From: Macrostomum hystrix
Lineage: Eukaryota; Animalia; Platyhelminthes
Assembly: GCA_950097015.1 (NCBI GenBank)
Contig: CATNEN010000038.1
Coordinates: 1,550,001 to 1,614,000 of the forward strand
DNA: 64,000 nt
Direction: 5' to 3'
Made by a program: the position numbers and the translations under genes. The first letter of the stretch is position 1. Every line of letters starts with the position of its first letter. Shown here piece by piece: positions 37,471-50,343 of this stretch. Under the pieces are notes generated by a model. The model did not search any database. It saw only the letters and a program-made list of their open reading frames with translations, and had not been told where the DNA came from.

Positions 37471-37929
37471 GTACTCTGCAGATGCTTGAGTGCTTTGAAT
37501 CCGGGCATTCGTATTGGATCCTGCTTGCGAGGCCAAATTTGTTCTGACCGCCCCTAGTCGACAATGACTTTCGCCATCTTGCCATATCTGACTTACAAAA
37601 TCGTGCACTTTTTGCAAAGAAAGTATAAGATCTGACTTGAGTTTTCTTGACCGATCTGGCAAGATATTACAAGAAAAGTAGTCAGATCTGGCAAGATCGT
37701 TTAAGAATACAATAAGATCTGTTAAGTTTTTTGCAAGAATTTATAGTGACGGATCCCGATTTTCATGCACTTTGAATTATTTAAATTATTGGGAAGAACG
37801 TTCAAATTAAGAAAGCAAGTCAGTTTTCAAGAGACGATAAGTGCTTAAAACCTTATTGGTTCTCATACGGATCCTTAATTCGATATAATCCTTAAATCTT
37901 AATCCATAATCCTTTAATTCTTGCCTTAG

Positions 37930-38960
37930 GAATAGGCAATGTGAATAGGCAATGTGAATGCTACATGAATTGGCAACGCAACGTGAATAGGCAACGTGTA
38001 TAGGCAATGTGAATAGGCAATGTGAATGCTACATGAATTGGCAACGCAACGTGTATAGGCAATGTGAATAGGCAACGTGAATAGGCAATGTGAATGCTAC
38101 ATGAATTGGCAACGCAACGTGTATAGGCGATGTGAATAGGCAACGTGAATAGGCAATGTGAATGCTACATGAATTGGCAACGCAACGTGTATAGGCAATG
38201 TGAATAGGCAACGTGAATAGGCAATGTGAATGCTACATGAATTGGCAACGCAACGTGTATAGGCAATGTGAATAGGCAATGTGAATGCTACATGAATTGG
38301 CAACGCAACGTGTATAGGCGATGTGAATAGGCAACGTGAATAGGCAATGTGAATGCTACATGAATTGGCAACGCAACGTGTATAGGCAATGTGAATAGGC
38401 AACGTGAATAGGCAATGTGAATGCTACATGAATTGGCAACGCAACGTGTATAGGCAATGTGAATAGGCAACGTGAATAGGCAATGTGAATGCTACATGAA
38501 TTGGCAACGCAACGTGAATAGGCAACGTGAATGGGCAGTGTGTATAGGCAACGTGAATAGGCAATGTGAATAGGCAACGTGAATGCTACATGAATTGGCA
38601 ACGCAACGTGAATAGGCAACGTGAATGCTACATGAATTGGCAACGCAACGTGAATAGGCAACGTGAATGCTACATGAATTGGCAACGCAACGTGAATAGG
38701 CAACGTGAATGCTACATGAATTGGCAACGCAACGTGAATAGGCAACGTGAATGCTACATGAATTGGCAACGCAACGTGTATAGGCAATGTGAATAGGCAA
38801 TGTGAATGCTACATGAATTGGCAACGCAACGTGAATAGGCAACGTGAATAGGCAACGTGAATAGGCAACGCAACGTGAATAGGCAATGTGAATGGGCAGT
38901 GTGTATAGGCAACGTGAATAGGCAATGTGAATGCTACATGAATGGGCAACGCAACGCAAC
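37930..38960 (+). repeat. Compound tandem repeat inside the DNA transposon (subunits GTGAATAGGCAAC, GTGAATGCTAC, ATGAATTGGCAAC, GCAAC; 42-68-bp higher-order units)
   Basis: Direct reading; lies directly downstream of the transposase stop codon. Confidence 0.93.
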
Positions 38961-38979
38961 GGGAATGAGCAATGACAGT

Positions 38980-41259
38980 TTAATTATGTTCATTTAGTAG
39001 CAAAATAGGTGCGACAAAAGTAATGTTCGAGTTCGCCAAAGGGATTAGTACACACTTTCGGCGTAGATATCTGCAGTCGACCTTTAACTGGTCCTCAGAG
39101 ATCGGGACATCTTGTCGATCCCGCTCGAGAACGAACAGATCGATTAGCGGCACATCAGTGCACATGTTGAAATGCGTCTGAAAATGTGTCGCTTTGGGGA
39201 GAGGAGCAACTGTAGCGACCGTTTCGGATTCAAACTTTAGAATCGTGCCAAAGCATCTCGCGTTCGAATCGGGCTGCTGATACTCGCAGATATAACTGAC
39301 AGATGAACCTTTGCGCTTATTGCTGATACTGTGAAAAGAGATGCCATTAATCTTCATTGATTCAGGTGTCCGGCGTGATCGGCCTCGGCTCGCCTTTCTT
39401 CCTTGAATAAACTGAAATGTTTGAGCCGCTCGAGGACTTTTGATGAAAAACCAATCAAGCAGCTTGAGAAGACAAAATTTTTCAGCAATTTGCTTTGGAT
39501 GGTCCACAGTCCCTTTAATGAATCTCTTAAGAAGTGACATACGACCTTCAAACGCAAACATAGATGTGTTTGCGATGCTTCCGCATCTCTGCACTTGATA
39601 AGGTAAATGAAGCAAAAGGTGCGCATTTAATGTCCGGAATGTAATGGGACAAGTTTTTGACATACAATCCAGAAACGCCTTTGTTGCAAGTGTAAGTTGC
39701 TCAGCAGTCCCAGCCGTGTAGAGGCAGTTAAGTAAAACTGTTAGATACGTCAGCAATCTGCACATTGAATGTTCAAGGTAAGGTGTTAAAACTGGGATCA
39801 TAGCGTAGAGACCGAAGTTTCGCAAATCATGCGCTTTCCAGTTCGCAAGAGATTCGTCGAGTTTCTTAAATCTTTCCATGTCATGAGGGACTGAAAGATT
39901 GGATAAAAAAATGTTGATAGCTTTAAACGCATGCCGGCCAATCTTCTCAGATACCACGAACTTCAATATTTTCTTGAGCACTCCTTCCAACAAAAGGTGC
40001 ATCGTGTCCAGAAGAATGCATTCAGGTGGACTCATAAAATTTTGAAGCACAGAGCTGCCTCGGAGTCCATAGACGGTGTTGTTGCCACTACTAGCCGAAA
40101 TCCTGCCATGTTGTTCGAATTCTTCACGGCTTCGAATGGTACATAGATTGTCAGCATCAATAGCGTAGATCATGACGTTCCCACCTTTGTCAGACTTCAC
40201 GACCTCACCAGGCTCGTAGCACTTTGGGCACGCAAAGTAGCCGTTAAATTGGTTAATACTAAGGATGGATGCGAGCGCTGGAAGGTCGCAAACACAATAG
40301 GTAATGCTGACACTAAAAAATCTAGGTTCGTTGTTTCTGCCAAGGAATTGTCCTTCAATAGGAAATTGCTGCAGCGCAAGGGCCATGACCCTTTCCCATT
40401 TTGGCTTGCAGGGCCCAGACCAGAGGCCAAACAAAATTGACGTTTTGGCAGACTGTCGCAGCAATGGACCCATGTTCAATACTGAGCACTGAATTGGCCA
40501 CATGCTGTCAGTTTTAGAGCTGTAGAAGCAGGCACCATCTGCGTTAATAACCAACTGAATTTCGAATGGGCCTTTGCCATTAGAAACACTGTCTGTCAAT
40601 ACATCACGAAAGCCACGTTTCATCTTTTCAAAGTGGGCTTCAATGTCCTCATGATAGCATTCGAGCAGAAGACGGAGCTGCTTGATTATTTCGATCTGAT
40701 GGTAAACGCCAGCTTCGCCTCCCTCGCAACGACAGTCAGCTTCAAACTCTGAACAGTGAATACAAATTCTATACACCGAAATCCACTTAGTCCAGTCTTC
40801 AATCCCTTCTTTGATAATGCTCTTGAGTGTTCTGACAGTACGAGGAACGGAGGCGCCATACAAACTCGCAATTTTTAAAAACTGTTCAAGTGCAACATCA
40901 GTCGAGTTGTTGAGAAGCTTGTAATACATGAAGCAACTTGCTTTCTCCAGTTTGGTGGTGCTTTCAAGCAGCTGCTGAGCAGGGTGTAAATCGTCATTGG
41001 CTTCTGGAATATCAGAACTCGCACCCACGGTTTCAACGTCAGCTGCTGCTGAGGATATTGCAGTTCGGAGTTGGTGCGCATTGATTCTGCATGGAATCGT
41101 ATGATTGACATCCTTGTCTCCAGATTCAAAGTCTTCGGTATCAGATAGAGAAGATACTTCATTTGACGAAGCATCGCAATCAAACTCTGCAGCACGAACT
41201 ACACGGTGTGACTTGATTCTTGTGTCCGCATATCGCTTTTGGAAGCGGAGACGTTGCGC
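38980..41259 (-). CDS. EnSpm/CMC-family DDE transposase (main exon ~759 aa; probable tiny start exon ATGCTCTAT at 41641-41633)
   Basis: Open frame from acceptor TTTTCAG (41260) to the stop. Motifs INADG...SMWPI, CDLPA, NGYFACPKC, DTMH, WKAHD, NAHLLLH and SMFAFE match the CMC DDE triad plus the C(2)C, MH and H(3)H signatures. Confidence 0.9.
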   Translation of the reverse strand, partial: AQRLRFQKRYADTRIKSHRVVRAAEFDCDASSNEVSSLSDTEDFESGDKDVNHTIPCRINAHQLRTAISSAAADVETVGASSDIPEANDDLHPAQQLLESTTKLEKASCFMYYKLLNNSTDVALEQFLKIASLYGASVPRTVRTLKSIIKEGIEDWTKWISVYRICIHCSEFEADCRCEGGEAGVYHQIEIIKQLRLLLECYHEDIEAHFEKMKRGFRDVLTDSVSNGKGPFEIQLVINADGACFYSSKTDSMWPIQCSVLNMGPLLRQSAKTSILFGLWSGPCKPKWERVMALALQQFPIEGQFLGRNNEPRFFSVSITYCVCDLPALASILSINQFNGYFACPKCYEPGEVVKSDKGGNVMIYAIDADNLCTIRSREEFEQHGRISASSGNNTVYGLRGSSVLQNFMSPPECILLDTMHLLLEGVLKKILKFVVSEKIGRHAFKAINIFLSNLSVPHDMERFKKLDESLANWKAHDLRNFGLYAMIPVLTPYLEHSMCRLLTYLTVLLNCLYTAGTAEQLTLATKAFLDCMSKTCPITFRTLNAHLLLHLPYQVQRCGSIANTSMFAFEGRMSLLKRFIKGTVDHPKQIAEKFCLLKLLDWFFIKSPRAAQTFQFIQGRKASRGRSRRTPESMKINGISFHSISNKRKGSSVSYICEYQQPDSNARCFGTILKFESETVATVAPLPKATHFQTHFNMCTDVPLIDLFVLERDRQDVPISEDQLKVDCRYLRRKCVLIPLANSNITFVAPILLLNEHN

Positions 41260-42437
41260 CTGAAAAGTTTTATAGTGAATTTGATGGCTTTAAAAAAGAA
41301 CTCATTCAATCTTTATAAGCAATATGATGCAATGAAATGAAGCAATATAATATAAGCAATCTTTATGAGCTTAGGGAGTGCTGCTCAAAATTTACTATTA
41401 TCTATTTCGAGTTTTGTACATAAACTTTAGCAGCCTAGAAAAGGAGAATGCCTATTGTGTAATGCTAGATAGAATACTTTCAAGTTACTGATATTTATAG
41501 CTATGACTATTGGCGAACTTGCGAGGCCACGGATGAAGGCTGCATAGTTATAGTTGACAAGAAGCTAAACAAAGACAGCAAAGGAACTCTGCAGTAGCTG
41601 AATGCAGTGACAGTTTATTTTTCACGAATTACATAGAGCATGTCGTGTAATCGTACGCGCCTACAGAAGTTGGGCTGCAAAGAATAGCAATTCGCAAATC
41701 CTTCTCAAATGTACTTGCTTAAGCTTGTTGCTGTTATAAGTTACAACAATTCGTTGCTACATAAAAATGTGCTAGCTAGAATTATTGATTTAAATTCCAG
41801 CAAATACATATTTGGCATAGTTAAACTATGCATTAAAAAATAGGCTATACCAGCAAACGTTTACAGAAAAAAATCGCCCACAAGCGTTAAAACACATTTT
41901 GCACTTGCAATTTTTTCAAACAAACAATTCTAAATAACAGACTTAATTCGACAAGAAGAGAAGAAGAGTCATTGAGGCTACAGAGATCAAAGTTGCAGTA
42001 GGACCTGGCGATGGGATACGTCCAAAAACAGATTTTGCCAGAGCAAAACATCTCTCTCCCTAAAAATTCTGGAAGGACGCAGAGAGACACTAAAAGGTTG
42101 CTATAGCTCACAACTATTCGGTCTTCGTGTATGAAACCAATATTTATATAAACAAATATAATGGAAGTGCAGGCGACGGCGAGACTCTCGCTACGCTTCT
42201 CTTGCTTCACTCTTACTGCATTATGAGGTCATTGTGTGGCGCAATAATGCAGCCAAATAAACTACTTGCCATTCCCTCAGAGTCATAAATTAAGGTTATA
42301 CGCAGAGCATATCTTCTAGTCTAGCAAACTAATTAGCGTATAATCCGCCTACCAGTTACTTAGGTGCGTGTACATAATATATATTATTGCCTTACAGTCC
42401 AGCAACATCGACAAATAACTAATGTTCAATCCCTCGC

Positions 42438-43739
42438 TTATTCAACAGAATTAGATTGGTCTCCAGTCTCATTTAGATGACGCTGTATACGCGCTAGCTT
42501 CGCAGCGCGATCTCGGGATGCCTGGTTGAGAGCCAGCCGCACAGAACGCCAATGACTTGAGCCGAACCGCGCACGGAGAGCAGCTTAAAATAGTAGGTAC
42601 ATGGAAATAATGAGAAGTGTGATAAAACTTTCTCTGGGTTATTACTTTTACGTTTTAACGAAAAAGAATGCCAAGGCAAAGCACAAGGAGCAACCCATGA
42701 ATGACTGCGCACTATGCAAATATATTATAACAACACTGATGATAAATTGATACATTTGCCAGAAAAAAATATTTTTAAAGAAACAAAACAACCTACCTTT
42801 TAAGTCTTTGATTAGAGTTTCGTCAGCATTTTCCAGATTAGATCCTTCTTGGAGCTTCTGTTCGAACCGATGACGGGGGATAAAGCTTTGTCCCTTCATT
42901 CTGTCTACCACTTGGAGGGCAAACTGTGTCGGTGTCTCAGCTGAAATGTCATCAATGCAGAAGTGGCCGCCTCGCGAAGAAAGAAGATTTAACCCCGTAA
43001 CTGGCTCAGTTGCCGGGCTCACATTTTGAGCAATCTCGCGAAGAAGTTTGTTTGACATCTTGGTCTGCTGGACGAGAGTGTTAATTCCATTAACCAAATT
43101 CACAAAATCCTTTTGCGGTATCACAATGCCTTCGTTGGTAGACCTAACAGTCGAATCAGACGTTGCACTTGAGGCTGACGTGTTTCTACAGGTTATGACC
43201 GACGATGGCGACATTGATATCCTGATGGCTTCAGGATGGTTCTCGAAACTTGGGGTCATTGGCAGAGCAGCAGCCGTAGAGGCAGCAGATGCAGAATTAG
43301 CCATTGCAGCTTTTCTAAGGCTGTCAACCTTTTTCTTCTCGGCAATGATTGACAGCGAACGCTTTGATGGTGGAGACGCACTTGCCTCCTCATCATTGTC
43401 TGTGCCACTGCTCGATGAGTCACTAGATACATTGTCTTCAGCAGCATAATCTGCATCAAAATCATCATCGTTATCAAAATCGCCATCTGCATGGATTTCA
43501 GCTGTTGTAGTAAAAAAAGATGCACCAGAATTGCATCTTGGAGGGTTCCGATCTGCTGAACTGCTCCCCAGCTGTTTTTCATATGATTTTGCAAACTTGA
43601 TAGCACAGTCGGTATCATAATCAGAATTAACATTCTGTGCCAGCGCTGCTTCAAAGTCCTGAATCTTTTCTATTTTCCCAATGCAGAGAAGAGTTGCAAC
43701 ATGCTTCTGCTCATTTTCGTTGACCAAAACCGTTGCTCC
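42438..43739 (-). CDS. Transposon accessory protein with C-terminal BEN-like domain (5'-partial; exons 43739-42797, 42583-42438)
   Basis: A phase-1 GT-AG intron joins TPTQFALQVVDRM...ADETLIKDLK to AALRARFGSSHWRSVRLALNQASRDR, which resembles the BEN consensus. It is preceded by an acidic, Ser-rich disordered region and a short coiled-coil-like segment. Confidence 0.6.
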
Positions 43740-46700
43740 CTAAGAAAAGAAAGAAAAGGAAAGAAAATTATTAAGGAACCTATATACAGATATTAAAGCC
43801 AAAATTTCATGCAATGTGAAAATGAAAATGTTACTAAGTTGCTTAATTTGCTAAAAAATGCCTTTACCTAGCTAAGCTATGCCCAATCATTACACAATTT
43901 CCCTTGAATTCAGCTAAAAAAATTTCCCTTAAAAATCAAGTAGCAAAAACAACCAGCATAGCATCTAGATACACATAAAAGATGCATAGATTCACTAAAA
44001 GATTCACTACCTTATCTCTAGTGTAAATGAATTAAGCCAAGTGACAGGCACAAAAATAAGAAAGGTTAAATGACAATGTACATATTTTTAACCCCATTTA
44101 ATATCAAATATATAAATATGATTACCTTATATAAGCTATATAGTTCAATATAGGTTGCTTCTCTAAAATTATATCTGCAACTTTGGGTTTTCTTGACCAT
44201 TTTTATAGGCAACACACTTACTCGAGTTTTTATTATATAAAATGTAGGGGTCAGACAATATCACTTTTAGAGAGTTGATCAAGATTCAAGATTAGTGCAT
44301 TAGGCCTATGAGTGTAAAATAGTAAAAAAGACTGTTGACTGAAATTAACAATCATAATCATCAAAAAGTATCTAGTGCTTATTTACTCTAGTCCAGTATA
44401 TATTATGATTCTACAAAGTTTCTTCCTGGAACCCATCACTTGCATATAAAAGAGAACTTTTTGGCTAATTTTTTTCTAAAGTTGTGAAGAAGTACAACTG
44501 TAGACTAAATAAAATTATAAAATAAAATCTTGAATCTTAACCTTTTTGAGATCTCAAAACCAAGATTGAGATTGAAAAAAGTGCCAAGATCATTATGATT
44601 GAGACTGAGATATCGTCCAACCTCTAATAAAATGGTAGTCTTATGACCACTCTGAACTAATAATGGCTTACATGTATATATAGCCAATGGAAACAGTAGT
44701 GATTACTAAGGTTGCACTGATACATGTCTACATGCATAATGTTGAAAGTTAGTTAACTTTTTTTGCCTAAATAATTAGGCCTAACTAAGGGTAATACTGA
44801 ACTGAATTGATAAATAACTAACAGTATTATTAAAATATTGAATAATAATAGGCCTAACACTAAACTAAATATTAGTTGCTATTTATTAGCACTGGTTTCT
44901 GAAAAATAGCCATAGTTGTTGAGATATTTAACCTAATTACTAGAATTACTATAGAAAATTGTGAAAAAAATAATCATTTTATTAGGGTAATGTATCATCA
45001 ACCAGTGTAGGGCCTACTTCAAAACTGAACAAGAATTTTGACTCCTTCCTTGATCTTGTGCAAGACAGAAACAAGCTAGTGTTTCACAGAACATCTAATT
45101 AGAAAGTTAAAGAAATCATCTACAAGCTGAGGCATGATGTGCAATGAAGCATTAAGAGGAAAAAAAGATATTGATGTTTCAGTAGAAATTTTTATTGCAA
45201 AAGCATACTTTGTGACAACTTTTTTTCAGTAGGTACTTAGTACTTTAGACAAAGATTGTATGTGGTTGCTTGCCAATAGCCAATTAAATGACCATAAATG
45301 TAGTTAGGCCTATTTATAGAGCATGAAAATGCTTTCAAATTACATAATCTATGATAGTTCACTCCTTAAAATAAGATTAAACCACTCACTCAAATTGTAA
45401 AATCAAACATCAAATTCTCTGTTTGGTTTGAAGATACATGAAAATCATTGTTTGGTTTTAGAAAAAAAAGCAGGAATAACTTTTTTCTATTTGACAAAAT
45501 AGCAAAAGCAGATACTTTTTAGAAAGATGTAACTGTTTTCTATAACTTGGATTTTAATTTATCATCATATCTTAAATAGAAAATCTGTAGCTTAGGTTTG
45601 AAGTTAAAAAATAAACATTCTTGTTTGGTTGATGATACATTACCCTATATATAATAATGATTGTAAATTATTAAACAGTTCTTAAATTATGACATGCATG
45701 TACATGATTATATTTTCTTCTTCTGTTTTAATAATAATTGGTAAGTTTTTTTATGATTCCCATAATACATTTTATAATTTGTACTTAACCGAATTGTTGA
45801 ATAGGGCCTACAAAATGTTAGCCCTGATCATTTTTATGTAGATTGGTATATGGCAAGAAATATTCACTTATGTCCAGCATATACTCTGCCATGACAATCC
45901 AGAGTATGGATGGAATATATATCGTCTTAAGACTAAATTAATTGTTAAGCAATAGAAAATCAAGGAATCTCAAGTTTTTATTTTAGCTAATATAAAACAT
46001 ACTACCAGATTATACAGTTAATAATATTGCTTAGTTATAACATGTTTCTAATTCTTAACATTAGAATTAGACAGCCTAAAGATCTAGGCCCATAGCCGCA
46101 TAGATATCAAACAAGCATATGCACTATACTACAGTCTAACATGCAATGACTCACAGCACTCCAACGTAGGCGCTCTTCTGCTGAATATGTCTCGAATCGG
46201 ACATCACTCAGTTTAAAAGTCTGACTAAAGTACTTAGTACTATTATACCACAATATGCAGTATGTTGAGTTAAATTAAACTCCTGGACTCGAGTTAGTGG
46301 ATTCTGTCTTAATTGCCTTTTTGAGGAGGAAGATTTGGGCGTGGTAGTGATTGAGCTCTGCATTGGAGCGGTATGTTTGATATGCAACAGAATAAATGCC
46401 TACAATATGCGAGATTTAGAAATTAGAAATCCAGGACAGCAGTAAAGTAAAGAAAGTGTATATAATTTATGTGATGAATGTGATAAATAAAAGAAAAAGA
46501 ATAGCGAGAAAAAGCTGGCAAAAGTGTTCAAATTTTAATTGTTAAAACAAAAACAGTTAATTATCTATAATCGCGGCCCTTGTACCTTAGACAAATGTGC
46601 ATATATATTTCGCTTAAATAGTTTCTTATTACTTATTTTTTAATTTTAATGGTGTTTGTGGTTTATCAACGAACACTGGAATCTGCCAGTTTTATACAAA

Positions 46701-49700
46701 TTGCACAATATGTTCAGTTCAAGGGAAAGAATATTTAAAATACCTGTCGAACGGTATCGTTCGAAATCGTTATGCATGTATCGTTATGCATGTGTGCACT
46801 TAAATATTTGCTATATACAATGTGAACTTCGGAAAATATTAAATATACTGTACAAATTATTTTGCATACTTACCAGGTTGACTTGTCAGATCTGACCATA
46901 TCTGTGAAGAAACCAAAAAAAGTAAACTGAATGACTATACCAAAAATTTTATTGTTTCTCACTTCCAAAATGTTGTAAATCATTAATGAACTGACTTTTC
47001 AAGACAATAGCTGTTGGTGAAAACATTATTTTTTTATTTTCTATAGCTGTGACATCTTACTGTCTCTTGCCGGATCTGATCATATCTGTCAAGAAACCCA
47101 AAGGAAGCAGACTTAATGACAATTAGAAAAAATGGAAGTTTTTTATTACAAGAATAGCTGCAACACAGTTAAATTTGTTTTTTTGGTAGCCGTGACAGTT
47201 AGCGCATATTTTATTTTCTTACACATTCCTAACAGATCTTAGCAGTTCTGCCAAGATTTTATAGGATAAGTCAGATCTTACAAGGCAGAATGTAAGATTG
47301 TCAACTAGGGGCGCTATAAGCACAAATAACTTAGACTGCACTCTCTTGAGCGAACGCTAGAACGTTTGTTGGCGGCATTTTTAATTTCTTTGTCCCTAAC
47401 TTTGAGAAGCGCACCGTTAAATTTCTGTGCCCACAGCCCCCCCAGCCAGTCTTGGGCTTGGGCCCTTGAGCTTTGGTCGCGAGTACAAGGGCGGTGAAGA
47501 GGGAGACAGACAGAGGGACCTGAGTGGGTCCGGTACCAAAAATGGTGACTCAGTTTAGCTTGCAGAGCAAGTGCACTCACACCATGTTCGCACAGTGCAG
47601 TCGTACAACAATGTGAAAGGAATGTGGAATTGGCATCATTCAATACGTGATCAAATTAATGCAAACGCAACATCAGGGAAAATTGATATTGCATGATCAG
47701 ATGAGCATATGAAATACAGTACACTCTATACTTGTTGGCTATGCTGGGAATGAAACTAGAATTAGAATGACCTATTTTTTAAGCCATTCGATGGCGCCCC
47801 TTTTTTGCTTCTCACTTAAATAAGCGCTCTCGGCTCCTGGGGGTGGAAATTGGGAGAAAAGGATTTTGACTGGTCAACGTCACACAGGCCGGTGAGTCAT
47901 CAAAGAATGGAAGGGAAAACTGTGTGTAGTTTTTCTTTTTTATAGTTTCACTTTTATTAACTACTTAATGCATAAGTAAATTAGCAATTGCTTTTTCATC
48001 GCATTCGACAATTTTACTGCCCGTCCCATTTTACTTGAATTCTGAAGCTCGTTATACAAAACGTCGTAAATAAAATTTCGTATCTTCGCGCAAATTTCTT
48101 CGCGCAAATAAAATTTCACCCGTTTCCTATAAAACAAAAAAACAATATTTTTTTTCTAAAAAATCTTATAATGAATATAGATGTATTAGGCCTATGTTTA
48201 ATTACCTGAGCCTAATATTTTGAATCTAGTTTTTTTGCTTTCAATAGGCCTATCATGTGCATTTAATTACGTTAGAACCTTTTTTATCTCGTGAATCTTA
48301 ACATTTTTTTCTACATGCATTTCTATTAATCAGATCAGACATATGTTCAGCTTGTATCTTCATTTGCCACATTGTACTTTACAATTTTGAAAGTTGTATA
48401 TGTTTACAATTTCTTGCTCAGCAAAGCTGTCTTATCGTTCTTCTAAGAGGCACAGGGGCACCCAGCACAATAGGCCTAATATGTTAAATATAGCTAACCT
48501 TTCTTTCCTTAGCTAACACTAGCAGTTCATTTTCTACTTTCATTAGATACATAGGCTTTTGCTCAGCCTAAGTCAAGTTTGTACAATGCCTAGCCTAGTA
48601 GCATCTTTAACTTCAGCCTTTGACTAATAGTTTTTGGGTAGAGATAGGTATAGATCTATATGGATAAAGTTAACACTATTAGCATTGGGCTGTGCCAATA
48701 AGCACTGCTTAGTAATCAAATTCAGTTGATTAATACCCAGTAGGTGTGGGTACTAGTTTGGTTAAAAGCCCTGGTATATACTATTACATCATGTTGCTAA
48801 TTTCATAATATACTACATGCTTATCTTTAAAGTGTAAATATGCTTAACTTTTTGTCAACATTACTTGGCAGTTAAATTGACCAATATTAATTGTACCAAC
48901 CAATTGTATAATATCTATCTTAAGCAAATAATGATTGTATCATTTGCTAATCATACTGTCATACAATAGACTTGTGCACTAACTGGTTAACAAGTGACAC
49001 CTTGTAAGCTGTAAATTTGTAATATTTTATCTTTTTACACTTACACACTTTATCCTATCAAATATTGGAAGGGTTGCAAATACAAATAATAAATTTTACA
49101 TTAAAATCATATTTTTATATAATGTATGTGTGTAAATTTTTTAATAGCCTATTTTTTATAGCCTTTTATAGCTTTCTTATTTTATAGCCTAACTAAAAAA
49201 GAAGTGCGTGCTATTTAGAAGATTAAAACTAAGTTTACAGGTATAGGTGTACATGAAGGAGTTCCATTATATGCATGAAAGTAAATTCCCTGGCATACAT
49301 GAAACCTTTCACAATAGGGCTCATAAATGCTAGAAAAATGACTTAAATATGTTCTCAATGCATGCTTAATTGGTTCTGACATTTTAGTTTTACTTTGTCT
49401 ATCTAGATCTAGGCTATCAATGCTTTCAAACCAAGCCAATGTATAATAATGTAAATCAAGTCACCAGTCCTTAATATTGTCTTGATATTCAATGGCTCTG
49501 TTGAAACTTCCCATTAGAGCTGGCCTTCAAACTTTATCAGCCTGTCACACAAATCTGTCTTAATTATCTCTGACTAGTGATCACTGATGTAGCTGACTAT
49601 GGACACCCTGATGCAACTTTCTCTTATTTCGTTAATCAAGCCTTAATATTGGGCAAGGTCTAACTGAAACACAGGACAGGACCTTTCTTATGTCAATCAA

Positions 49701-50038
49701 TCAGTCACTGCCCAATGCCATCGGCACCATCAGCAGGTGCCTCCAGCTGCCTAAGGAGTCCCTAAAGCGAATTTCTTAACTTTTGCTGATCAAGCCTCGA
49801 TTTTCGGTTACACTTAACTACTACTTGTTGAAGGTCCAGCAGGCCTGTCTAGGTAAAGGTCGGTGACCACCAAAGTCGAAGATGTTGCAGGCACATTTGG
49901 GTAACTTGCTGATAGAGTTTGACGGCCTCACTGAGCTGAGGCGCAGTGCAAAGTCGTGTATCAGGGTGTATGAAGTACACTAGCTCTTATGAAAAAATCA
50001 TACCATGAACAAAATGAACAAAAATAGATGTTTGTTTT

Positions 50039-50320
50039 CATTTGTTTCTAGCATTCTAGCATCTATGGTCTATAATTTTCCCACTAAAAAAGTGTCGCTA
50101 CTTATAGTAGAATTGTAAGCATATTGGTTTCCATTTGTTTCTAGCATTCTAGCATCTATTGTCTATAATTTTCCCACTAAAAAAGTGTCGCTACTTATAG
50201 TAGAATTGTAAGCATATTGGTTTCCATTTGTTTCTAGCATTCTAGCATCTATGGTCTATAATTTTCACACTAAAAAAGTGTCGCTACTTATAGTAGAATT
50301 GTAAGCACATTGTTTTCCAG
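50039..50320 (+). repeat. 93-bp unit in 3 tandem copies, just upstream of the GNAT acceptor
   Basis: CATTTGTTTCTAGCATTCTAGC... starts at 50039, 50132 and 50225. Confidence 0.93.
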
Positions 50321-50343
50321 ATTTTTCTATCGCTAAATTTCAG

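Larger units (their letters stand above)
37551..47311 (-). mobile_element. CMC/EnSpm(CACTA)-like DNA transposon, 9.76 kb
   Basis: TIR CCCCTAGT(C/T)GACAAT at both ends, flanked by CG on both sides (probable 2-bp TSD). Subterminal (A/C)GATCTG / CAGATCT repeats at both ends. Encodes a CMC transposase. Confidence 0.9.
34797..47610 (-). mobile_element. Decayed Ty3/Gypsy LTR retrotransposon, interrupted by a DNA transposon
   Basis: Diverged ~300-bp direct repeats at 34797-35099 and at 37540-37550 plus 47312-47610, with TGTT...AACA-type termini. 5-bp TSD ATGTG at 34792-34796 and 47611-47615. Candidate PBS TGGCCTCGCAAGCAGG next to the 5' LTR. Confidence 0.88.

Noticed and set aside
47791-47891. Candidate first coding exon of the GNAT gene (ATG at 47791, donor GTGAGT at 47892)
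   Set aside because: The ATG frame hits a stop, and the phase-0 frame at the donor has no ATG; at most a non-coding exon.
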